IMG/VR virus record: IMGVR_UViG_3300030708_001092
Location: 1-37,941 of that record
Source of the DNA: a virus
Lineage: Duplodnaviria; Caudoviricetes
DNA length: 37,941 bases
Strand: one strand, 5' to 3'
Positions within the stretch are counted from its first letter, which is position 1, and each line of letters starts with the position of its first letter. The position numbers and the translations under genes were made by a program. Under the pieces are notes generated by a model that did not search any database, was not told where the DNA came from, and worked only from the letters and a program-made list of their open reading frames with translations. Positions 8,317 to 16,755 of this stretch are shown here, piece after piece.

Positions 8317-8847
8317 GTGGCAGCTACAATAAATGCAACTGTTAAAGGAGAAAATGCTAATAGCTATGTCACATTGACAGAAGCTAATAGTTATTTTGAA
8401 ACAGTTCCAGATTCAACAACTTGGGATAATAAAACTGATGATCAAAAGAATAGATCATTAATAGCAGCTACTAGATGGATTGATAGTTTTGTTTATTATG
8501 GCGATAGATGTGATGATGGACAGGCATTAAAGTTTCCAAGAAATAATTATCAGGTAGATGGTGTCGAATTAGCTTGTTCTAAAATTCCAAATAATATTAA
8601 ATATGCACAGTATGAATTAGCTAGAGCTTTGGCAAATGATACTGATGCTATTACAGGTACTACTGGAAAAGAGGGAAATATTTCTGAAGCAAAATTAGGA
8701 GATCTAGAAGTTAAATTTAATACTGCTTCTCAAGGTACTGGTTCTGTTAATAACATTATGGATGTTTATCCTTGGTTACAAAGTTATCTTGGAGCGTATA
8801 TGCTTGGTGGAGCAGGATCTTTTCAAATGAGAGTAGTAAGAGGATAG
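8317..8847 (+). CDS. Head-tail adaptor (DnaT-like family)
   Basis: ANSYVTLTEANSYF, QALKFPR, AQYELA. Confidence 0.8.
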   Translation: MAATINATVKGENANSYVTLTEANSYFETVPDSTTWDNKTDDQKNRSLIAATRWIDSFVYYGDRCDDGQALKFPRNNYQVDGVELACSKIPNNIKYAQYELARALANDTDAITGTTGKEGNISEAKLGDLEVKFNTASQGTGSVNNIMDVYPWLQSYLGAYMLGGAGSFQMRVVRG

Positions 8848-8848
8848 T

Positions 8849-9226
8849 ATGTCTTTAATTGATAGTACATTTAAAGGATTACCAGAACAGTTATTAAATA
8901 GTTTTGGTATTGATGTTACTTATATTAAAACTGCTACATCGCAAACTTATAATACTTCTACAGGAGAGGTAAGTGGTTCAGATACTAATGTTTCTGTTAA
9001 AGCAATAATAAGCTCTGTAGATGCAACTGTATATGAAGGGAAAGATCAGACTTCCAGTTTAAAATTTATTTTTGGTAATAAAGAATTAGGAACTTATTTC
9101 CCAAATATTAGAGATCGTATTCAATATACTGAAAATGGTGAAACTAAAGTTGCAAGAATTATTAGTATTAATACATCGAGAGGTAATAATCCTATACTAC
9201 ATACAGTTATTGCCAAACCTCAATAA
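8849..9226 (+). CDS. Head closure/stopper protein
   Basis: Position, 125 aa beta-rich. Confidence 0.65.
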   Translation: MSLIDSTFKGLPEQLLNSFGIDVTYIKTATSQTYNTSTGEVSGSDTNVSVKAIISSVDATVYEGKDQTSSLKFIFGNKELGTYFPNIRDRIQYTENGETKVARIISINTSRGNNPILHTVIAKPQ

Positions 9227-9786
9227 TGGGAAGAAGAAAACAACCATCAATCGTAAATGATTTAACAGATTTTTCTGATATTGTAAGAACTTCTATTAAT
9301 GAACTTGCAAGAAATTGTGCTGTAGAAATAATGAATGATTTAGCAAAGAAAGGGCCAGCATATACAGGAACATTTAAAAATAGTTGGGTTGCAGTTGCAA
9401 AAGCTCCTGGGGCTAGAGGAGGTGGTGAAGGTAGCTATCCTTATAGTTTATCTAATATTGCAGAGTTACCTGTAACAAAAAGAGAGATAAGACGTAAAAC
9501 TAAATTTATTATTGAAAATACTCAACCTTATGCACAGTACGCATTGGATTTAGAAGTTGGTACGTTTAGACCAGATGTAGATGCTGAAGGTAATCCAATT
9601 CCTCCTGTTAAATCACCTGTAAAAGAAGGAAAGAGAGGTGGTGGGTTAACATTTAGAGGACAAATTAGTTCTGGTGATGGACAGGCAAAAAGTACTGCTG
9701 AATTAGATTGGTACAGTAATTATGTACAAACTGGTGGTATTGAACGTGCTTTATTTAGAGGAGTAAAATTAGGATTTAAAATATGA
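9226..9786 (+). CDS. Neck/tail completion protein (HK97 gp10-like)
   Basis: PAYTGTFKNSW, IENTQPYAQY. Confidence 0.7.
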   Translation: MGRRKQPSIVNDLTDFSDIVRTSINELARNCAVEIMNDLAKKGPAYTGTFKNSWVAVAKAPGARGGGEGSYPYSLSNIAELPVTKREIRRKTKFIIENTQPYAQYALDLEVGTFRPDVDAEGNPIPPVKSPVKEGKRGGGLTFRGQISSGDGQAKSTAELDWYSNYVQTGGIERALFRGVKLGFKI

Positions 9787-10208
9787 ATTATCAATCTATT
9801 AGAACCATTTTTGAATCACAGTTAGCGACTGCGTATGGTGCATTATCACCAGCAATTCCAATATTTTTTGATAATTACAGTAATGCTATGGCTGATTCTG
9901 TAGATGAATTTGTTAATGTTAATGTTCAATTTGGAGATACTACACAGAGTTCTTTAACAAAAAGTTTTGATCAGGTTAGAGGAATCGTTGTTGTTCGAGC
10001 ATTTTCTGAGAAGGGAAAAGGGCCAGCAAGAAATCAAACTTTAATTGATACTGCTTTTAGTACTATTGAAACTATAAATAATACTGGGCAACCTACAAGT
10101 GGAGTTTATGTCAGAACAGGAGTTGTTGTTGGCCCTACTTTTCAAGAAGATAGACCATATTTTATTTCAAGATTAGAAACAAATTTTCAAGCTACAGTAA
10201 TTTCTTGA
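9783..10208 (+). CDS. Tail terminator protein
   Basis: Position before the tube gene; IFFDN, GIVVVRAFSEKGKG. Confidence 0.7.
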   Translation: MNYQSIRTIFESQLATAYGALSPAIPIFFDNYSNAMADSVDEFVNVNVQFGDTTQSSLTKSFDQVRGIVVVRAFSEKGKGPARNQTLIDTAFSTIETINNTGQPTSGVYVRTGVVVGPTFQEDRPYFISRLETNFQATVIS

Positions 10209-10284
10209 ATCTTTTAACAAATCTACGCTATCCTAGAGACATATCGGGTAGTACCCGTATGTTCAAACCTTAGAATTATTAATC

Positions 10285-11034
10285 ATGGCTACAGTTCTAT
10301 CGGGTACTTCGGGAGCGTTATATTATTCTCCTGCTGGTACAAGCGTAACAACTCTTACAGCAGCAGCTTTTCCTTCATCAGGAGGAAACATTACTGTTGG
10401 ATCTCAGTTGGGTTATAGAGTAAATGACACAGTAACACTTGCATATCCAAATGGATCTACAATAACTAACTGTATTCCACCAGCAGATTATTTTGTAAAA
10501 ACTTATGATGCTTCAACTGGTGTTATGACAGTTTCTTCGACAGCAGGAGGAGCAGCAGTAACAGCTTCAGCATCTCCTACTTTTGTTGCTGGTACATTTG
10601 CAAGCATTACATTTACAGCACCTTTAGTTGTTGGATCTGTAAGAGAGTGGAGTTTTGAAATAACCAGAGCAGAAATTGATGTAACAAGTATTGGTCAAAC
10701 TGTTACTCAAACCGCACCATTTAGAACCTTTATCTCAGGTTTTGCTGATGGTAGTGGTTCTGCCAGTGTTTATTCAACAGATGATGACACACTTCTTTCT
10801 AGTAGAATGGTTGAAGACGTTATCCAACGTCAGCAAGCTGGTGCAAAAGTAAGATTGTATATTGATCGTCAGATGAGTGGTGCTAACGTAGATCAAAACG
10901 CAAGTAGATCAATTTTGGCAGATATTATTCTTACATCTGCAAGTTTCAACGTAAACCCAGATGACGGACAGGTTGTTGAGATAGCCTTCAGACCTAGTGC
11001 TGCTCCTACATTCGATTTATCTAAGACTGCTTAG
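10285..11034 (+). CDS. Major tail tube protein with an inserted beta domain
   Basis: LSGTSGALYY...VREWSFEITRAEIDVT...FISGFADGSGS. Confidence 0.88.
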   Translation: MATVLSGTSGALYYSPAGTSVTTLTAAAFPSSGGNITVGSQLGYRVNDTVTLAYPNGSTITNCIPPADYFVKTYDASTGVMTVSSTAGGAAVTASASPTFVAGTFASITFTAPLVVGSVREWSFEITRAEIDVTSIGQTVTQTAPFRTFISGFADGSGSASVYSTDDDTLLSSRMVEDVIQRQQAGAKVRLYIDRQMSGANVDQNASRSILADIILTSASFNVNPDDGQVVEIAFRPSAAPTFDLSKTA

Positions 11035-11055
11035 TTTAATTAGCATAACTTAACG

Positions 11056-11081
11056 AACCTCAGAAAATCTGGGGTTTTTTT
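11056..11081 (+). terminator. Intrinsic terminator after the tail tube gene
   Basis: AACCTCAGA-aaa-TCTGGGGTT plus T-run. Confidence 0.8.
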
Positions 11082-11125
11082 CTGTTTTATATTAGAATAA
11101 TATAAATATTATATTGTTTTTATTC

Positions 11126-11467
11126 ATGGCAAGTAATTTATCTGCATTGGACAGACTAAAAAAAGCTGCAAATCTTGAACCTGTAAAAAAAGAAGTTACA
11201 TTATCCGATGGTTCTGTTTTTGAAATGTATGTAACACCATTAACAATGGCAGAAAGAGAAAGGGCACAAAGACAAGCTAAAAGTGATGATGCTAATGCTT
11301 TTGCTTTACAATTACTGCTTACTAAAGCACAAGATGAAAATGGAATGAGATTATTTAAATCTGGTGAGATAGATATTTTAAAAAATGAAGTAAAAGATAA
11401 AGACTTACAAGCTCTAATGCTTTCAGTTATTAGTGAAGAAGAGGATTTACCTGACCCAAAGAATTAG
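11126..11467 (+). CDS. Tail assembly chaperone (gpG-like; ATG 11126 likely start)
   Basis: Lies between tube and tape measure; ends at a slippery site. Confidence 0.85.
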   Translation: MASNLSALDRLKKAANLEPVKKEVTLSDGSVFEMYVTPLTMAERERAQRQAKSDDANAFALQLLLTKAQDENGMRLFKSGEIDILKNEVKDKDLQALMLSVISEEEDLPDPKN

Positions 11468-11649
11468 CTGCCCAACTGAAAAAAGATAATCTTATGATGT
11501 TGCAGTTTGGTGTTGCAAAAGAATTAGGTAAAAGTTTATATGAAATTAAGACTATGACAATGGAAGAAATAATAGGTTGGAGTGCATATTTTTTGATAAT
11601 TAATGAAGAACAAGAAAAATCATTTGAAAAGGCAAAAAGAAGGAGATAA
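11455..11649 (+). CDS. gpT-like -1 frameshift extension of the tail chaperone
   Basis: Heptamer C CCA AAG at 11455-11461; -1 frame open to TAA 11649 (ELAAQLKKDNLMMLQFGVAKELGKS...GWSAYF). Confidence 0.85.
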   Translation, partial: PKELAAQLKKDNLMMLQFGVAKELGKSLYEIKTMTMEEIIGWSAYFLIINEEQEKSFEKAKRRR

Positions 11650-11678
11650 GTTAGAATAAAGTAAGTTTATAAATTTTA

Positions 11679-14105
11679 ATGGCCAGTTACTCTGCTGTTA
11701 TTGATCTGCGTGTAAATGGCGAGAAGAAGATAGATAGCGTTGTAGCTAAAGTTAATAGAATTAACGGCTTAATAAGAGGTTTAAAACCAGTACCAGATAT
11801 CTTTCAAAAACAGAGAGGAGGCACTGAAGCATTTAGAAATCAAATCAATGCTTTAAAACAAACTTTAAGTGAAACATTAGCAACATTCGGACAAACTGGT
11901 AAGGTTACAGGTTTTTCAAAAACTATTGGAGGTTTAAACTCTCAATTAGCAACATTTCGGAGTGTAGCTAATAGTGCAAAAGCTGGTAGTCAGCAATTTA
12001 CACAGGCATTAACCGCAGGAGAAAATGCTTCTCGTCAATTATTAAAAGCAGAATTAGAACGTCTTAAGTCATTACAAAATTTATATCAAACAAACGCAAA
12101 ATTAGTTAAAGGATCTAGTGCAGGAATTGGTAAACAATTAACAGAGGTATTGAAAATTGGAAATACAATTCCAAAAACTACTGCTGCTCTTAATAATTAT
12201 AAAATGGAACTCGAAAGAATAATAAGTCTTGTCGAGATAGGTAGTAAAGAATATAAAGAATTAGAAGTAGCAATAGCCAATGTTAATAAGCAATTAGATA
12301 GAACAAAACCAGTAAAAACTCAAACTGATAAAAAATTACAAGTTGAAAAAAAAGTTACACAAGAGATGTCAAAACAAAAACAGCTTGAAATGGATTTATT
12401 TAAACAGCGTAGAAAAAATATAAGAGATAGAGAAAGAACTGCTAAACAACAAAGACAAGGTAGATTATTAGGTGCTGGTTTTCCTCTGTTATTTGGTGGT
12501 GGAATAGGTTCTATTGGTGGATCGTTAGCTGGTAGTTTTCTTGCCAAGCCTGGTGAAGAATTTGGAGCACAAATTTTTGGAAGTGCGATTGGACAACAAA
12601 TTGAAACTTTAATAAAAAGAGCAAACGCATTAGGAGATGCAGTAGATCAAATAAGTTTTGAAAAACTTGAAGAACAAAGCATTATTATTAGTGGAGAACT
12701 AAGAGCACAAGTTGAACTGCTTAAAGAATTAGGACAAGCAGATAGAGCAAGAGCAGTTTTAGCTGATCAGGTATTTAAAAGAACTGGTGCTAATGCTGAT
12801 GTTCAGAGAGATATAAATAGACAAGTGCAACTTCTTAATGCAGGATTTAGTGAGCTTGTTAATAGTGCTGGTACAACTTTAGCAATTATTGGTGGCCCAT
12901 TATTAACAGCAGTAGGGGCTTTATCTGCTGGAGTTTCTTTATTCTTTAGAGGTTTTAATACTCTGGCTACTGGAATAAGAAATTTAATTCCAGATTTACC
13001 TGTTGTTGATGAGTTTTTTGAAAGATTTAATAAAAGAATACAAGAAGCAATAGGTAATACTCAAAAATTAAGAAGAGAAATTGATTTAGCAGCAGATGTA
13101 CTTAATACAGAATTAAGTATTAAACAACAACAAACTGTTGGAGATGATGCTAGAACTTTTGATGCTCAAAGAAAAAATCTAGAATTAGAAAAAAGAATCA
13201 TTGATCTTAGAAATAATGTTGCCAGAAAAGAAGCATTGGAAGGAGTACAAGATTCTGGTGTAAGAGAAAAGATAAATCAGAAATTTGATATTCAGAAAGA
13301 TTTAGAGCTAGATTCTATAGATAAACAGCTTACAATAATTGATCAAAAAGAGGCATCAATAAATAGTAAGTTAGAAAGACGATTGAACTTTACAACTTCT
13401 ATAAATGGAATAAATAAAAAAATTGTTGGTGCGAATAGAGCAGAAGATGAACAACTTGCAGCTAGGTTAGAATTTGAGAAAACAAAACTTGGTATTCAAT
13501 TCCAGCTAGGTGAAGATTTAAGAGCAGCACAATCTGTAGAACAAGAGATGTTGTTAACCAAACAAGCAATACAAGATATAGATAGTGCAAGAATAATTCT
13601 TGGAGAAAAATTATTTAATATTTCAGAAAAAATGAAAACTAATTTTGAATTAGTAGGAGAAACTATTGCTTCTGGTGTTACTGATAATATAAGTGCTGCA
13701 ATATTACAAACAAAAACTTTAGGTGAAGCTGCTAAAAACATATTAAATGATTTGGCTAATACATTAGTAAAACTTGGTGTAAACACTATTTTAGGAAGTT
13801 TTGCCCCTGGAATTTTTGGTGGTCTACCAATGTTGAAGTTTGCTAGAGGTGGCCGACCTCCAACAGGTAAAGCATCTCTTGTAGGGGAAAAAGGCCCAGA
13901 ATTGTTTGTACCAAGAAGAACTGGTACTGTTGTTCCTAATGATAAATTAGGTGGAGGCAGCACAAATATAAATGTAAATATTGACGCTTCTGGATCGTCT
14001 GTCCAAGGTGATGCACAACAAAGTAAAGAACTTGGCAGAGCTATTTCAGCAGCGATACAATCAGAATTATTAAAACAAAAACGACCAGGAGGTTTATTAA
14101 CATAA
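11679..14105 (+). CDS. Tape measure protein
   Basis: 808 aa helical; C-terminal FARGG...LVGEKGPELF...RPGGLL. Confidence 0.95.
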   Translation: MASYSAVIDLRVNGEKKIDSVVAKVNRINGLIRGLKPVPDIFQKQRGGTEAFRNQINALKQTLSETLATFGQTGKVTGFSKTIGGLNSQLATFRSVANSAKAGSQQFTQALTAGENASRQLLKAELERLKSLQNLYQTNAKLVKGSSAGIGKQLTEVLKIGNTIPKTTAALNNYKMELERIISLVEIGSKEYKELEVAIANVNKQLDRTKPVKTQTDKKLQVEKKVTQEMSKQKQLEMDLFKQRRKNIRDRERTAKQQRQGRLLGAGFPLLFGGGIGSIGGSLAGSFLAKPGEEFGAQIFGSAIGQQIETLIKRANALGDAVDQISFEKLEEQSIIISGELRAQVELLKELGQADRARAVLADQVFKRTGANADVQRDINRQVQLLNAGFSELVNSAGTTLAIIGGPLLTAVGALSAGVSLFFRGFNTLATGIRNLIPDLPVVDEFFERFNKRIQEAIGNTQKLRREIDLAADVLNTELSIKQQQTVGDDARTFDAQRKNLELEKRIIDLRNNVARKEALEGVQDSGVREKINQKFDIQKDLELDSIDKQLTIIDQKEASINSKLERRLNFTTSINGINKKIVGANRAEDEQLAARLEFEKTKLGIQFQLGEDLRAAQSVEQEMLLTKQAIQDIDSARIILGEKLFNISEKMKTNFELVGETIASGVTDNISAAILQTKTLGEAAKNILNDLANTLVKLGVNTILGSFAPGIFGGLPMLKFARGGRPPTGKASLVGEKGPELFVPRRTGTVVPNDKLGGGSTNINVNIDASGSSVQGDAQQSKELGRAISAAIQSELLKQKRPGGLLT

Positions 14106-14446
14106 TGGCTACTTTCCCTAGTTATAATCCTGTTTTTTCTGCAAGTAAAACTGATATTACAAATACTAGAACAGTTCAGTTTGGTGATGGCTACCAACAA
14201 AGATTTACTTTTGGTATAAATCAAAAAGCAAAACAATGGAGTTTAACATTTAATGAGAATGATGAAGATACTGCTGAGATAGAAACATTTTTAGAAGCAA
14301 GAAAAGTTGATGGAGCATCTTTTGATTGGTCGCCTCCAGATTCATCTACTACATTTAAATGGGTATGCCCTTCGTTTACTAAGGAAATATTTGAATTTGA
14401 TAGAAATAGAATAAATGCAACATTTACACAAGTATTTGAACCCTAA
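14105..14446 (+). CDS. Distal tail protein (lambda gpM-like)
   Basis: VQFGDGYQQR, FDWSPP, ATFTQVFEP. Confidence 0.92.
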   Translation: MATFPSYNPVFSASKTDITNTRTVQFGDGYQQRFTFGINQKAKQWSLTFNENDEDTAEIETFLEARKVDGASFDWSPPDSSTTFKWVCPSFTKEIFEFDRNRINATFTQVFEP

Positions 14447-15429
14447 TGGCAAATCCTGTATCTGAAACCCAAGCAATAAATCCTGGATCACTTATAGAGT
14501 TATTTGAGTTAACAACAGATGCAGCTTTACATGGATCTGCTACTACATATAGGTTTCATGCTGGTACAAATGAAATAAATAATGGAAATATTATTTGGGA
14601 TGGCAATACTTATATTGCAATACCAATGGAAGCCGAAGGTTTTAAATATGCAAATGGTCAGCTACCTCGACCTACACTGACAATTAGTAATGTTACTAAT
14701 GTGATTACTGCAATTTTACTAAACGTAAATCAGGTAACTCCAGGAAATGATCTTACTGGAGCGATAGTAAAAAGAAGAACAACTTTAGCTAGATTTTTAG
14801 ATTCTGCTAATTTTGATCCTGTTGCTACAACAACTACAACAACCTCAACTATTGCAGATCCTTCTGACGCAGAAACTGTCACATATACTGTCACAGTAGT
14901 AAATGTTGGTGGTTCTAATTACTTTGCTATCAATGGTGTTACTAATCCTGTTCTTACCATGAAACGTGGTTCAACTTATATCTTCAATCAATCTCATAGT
15001 TCTAATGTTGGACATCCTTTAAGAATAAAATCTGATGCTGGAGGACAACAGACAACAACTAATGATGGAACGCTTGGAACAGATGCAACAGTAACTTATC
15101 AACCAGCATATCCAACTGCTCCAAATGATCTGAGATATTACTGTACAGTTCATGGTAATGGAATGGGTAATACAATAACAATGAATAATCCAAATACGAT
15201 CCAACAAACGACATCTTCAACTACCACAAGTCAATCAAATCCCTATGGAACACCAGATCCTACAGCAGAATATCCTCAAGAAATTTATAAAATTGATAGA
15301 AAATCAGCAGAAACTAGGGCTGCTGTACAATTTGAATTAGCTGCTTCTTTTGATCTAGCAAATATAAGAATCCCTTTAAGAGTTTGTACTAAACAATTAT
15401 TTCCTTCTATCGGTACATTCATGCCATGA
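14446..15429 (+). CDS. Tail tip protein (lambda gpL-like) with cupredoxin-like insert and no Fe-S domain
   Basis: IELFEL, YRFHAG, LPRPTLTISN, RFLDSANF; insert with GHPL...YYCTVHGNGM. Confidence 0.9.
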   Translation: MANPVSETQAINPGSLIELFELTTDAALHGSATTYRFHAGTNEINNGNIIWDGNTYIAIPMEAEGFKYANGQLPRPTLTISNVTNVITAILLNVNQVTPGNDLTGAIVKRRTTLARFLDSANFDPVATTTTTTSTIADPSDAETVTYTVTVVNVGGSNYFAINGVTNPVLTMKRGSTYIFNQSHSSNVGHPLRIKSDAGGQQTTTNDGTLGTDATVTYQPAYPTAPNDLRYYCTVHGNGMGNTITMNNPNTIQQTTSSTTTSQSNPYGTPDPTAEYPQEIYKIDRKSAETRAAVQFELAASFDLANIRIPLRVCTKQLFPSIGTFMP

Positions 15430-16130
15430 GTGATTGGAAAGAAGCTGCTCTTAGTCATGCAAAAGTGGAAGATCCCAAAGAATCTGTTGGTCTTTTGCTA
15501 AATGTAAAAGGAAAAGAAAGATATTATCCCTGCAATAATCTTTCTATGACTTCATATCAATGTTTCATTCTCGATCCAATTGATTATGTAAAAGCTGATT
15601 CTGTCGGTGAGATTACTGGAATTGTTCATAGTCATCCAGTTACTCCCCCAACTCCTAGCCAAGCAGATTTAATAAGCTGTGAAAACTCTAATTTACCTTG
15701 GCATATTGTTAATCCAAAAACAGAACAATGGGGTTATTGCGAGCCAAGTGGTTATAAAGCTCCATTGTTAGGAAGAGAATGGGTATGGGGGATAACAGAT
15801 TGTTGGTCATTAGTTGTTGATTGGTATAAAGAAGAAAAAAATATTGAATTATTAGATTATCAAAGACCAGCAAAAGTAGAAGATTTTTTAGCAGATCCAG
15901 TGTTTGAAAGGTATTTACCAAGTAGAGGTTTTAGATTATTAACTCCAGATGAAGAATTAATAAATGGTGATGTTTTAGCAATGAGTATCTTTGGACAAGG
16001 ATTAAATCATGTGGCTATTTTTTTAGATGGGGATGTTTTACATCATTTAGCAGATAGACTATCTTGTAGAGAGCCATACTCACCTTGGTTGTTAAAATGT
16101 ACAGGAGGGCGGTATCGTTATGTTGCGTAA
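15426..16130 (+). CDS. Tail tip assembly protein (gpK-like; JAB + NlpC/P60)
   Basis: PKES, HSHP..PSQAD; DCWSLV, NHVAIF, LHH. Confidence 0.93.
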   Translation: MSDWKEAALSHAKVEDPKESVGLLLNVKGKERYYPCNNLSMTSYQCFILDPIDYVKADSVGEITGIVHSHPVTPPTPSQADLISCENSNLPWHIVNPKTEQWGYCEPSGYKAPLLGREWVWGITDCWSLVVDWYKEEKNIELLDYQRPAKVEDFLADPVFERYLPSRGFRLLTPDEELINGDVLAMSIFGQGLNHVAIFLDGDVLHHLADRLSCREPYSPWLLKCTGGRYRYVA

Positions 16131-16755
16131 ATTAAAGCTATATGGAGAATTGGCTAAATTTGTAGGCCATAAAGAGTTTGAAGTAAAAGTGCACAATTTA
16201 CCTCAAGCTATTAGTTTTTTAGTAAATAATTTTCCAGAAGTTGAAGCATATATGAACCCCAAACTTTATCAAGTAAAAATTGGTAATTATGAAATAAATA
16301 AAGATGAAATAAATTATCCAATAGGACAGCAGGATATTCATATTGTTCCAGTAATCCAAGGAGCAGGAGGCGGCTTTGGTCGTTTTCTTACGGGAGCATT
16401 TCTAATTGGTGCGTCATTCTTTTTCCCAGGAGCAGGATTGTTTGGAACTACTGGATTATTTGGTGCTGGTGCTGCTGGCGTTGTTGGTGTTTCGTCAACA
16501 GGTGTATTACTTGGAACAGCTATAGGTACAGGACTAAGTGCTATTGGTGCTGGTATGGTTCTTTCAGGTGTTGGCGAAATGTTATTTCCAACTCAACAGC
16601 CTACATTTGAAGATAATCCACAAATTTCGTTTAACTTTGCTGGTACGCAAAACACAGCAAGGGCTGGTACTCCAATTCCTATTGTTTATGGTGAAATATT
16701 TACAGGATCAGTTGTTATTAGTGGTGATGTAGATACAGAAGCGGTACAAGTATGA
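16120..16755 (+). CDS. Tail tip assembly protein (gpI-like, ubiquitin-like N-domain)
   Basis: KLYGEL, IHIVPVIQGAGG, GTPIPIVYGE. Confidence 0.92.
   Translation: MLRKLKLYGELAKFVGHKEFEVKVHNLPQAISFLVNNFPEVEAYMNPKLYQVKIGNYEINKDEINYPIGQQDIHIVPVIQGAGGGFGRFLTGAFLIGASFFFPGAGLFGTTGLFGAGAAGVVGVSSTGVLLGTAIGTGLSAIGAGMVLSGVGEMLFPTQQPTFEDNPQISFNFAGTQNTARAGTPIPIVYGEIFTGSVVISGDVDTEAVQV

Noticed and set aside
2177-11108. T4-type late promoters TATAAATA at 2177, 6145 and 11101
   Set aside because: An all-AT 8-mer that also occurs inside CDSs; no phage sigma factor is encoded
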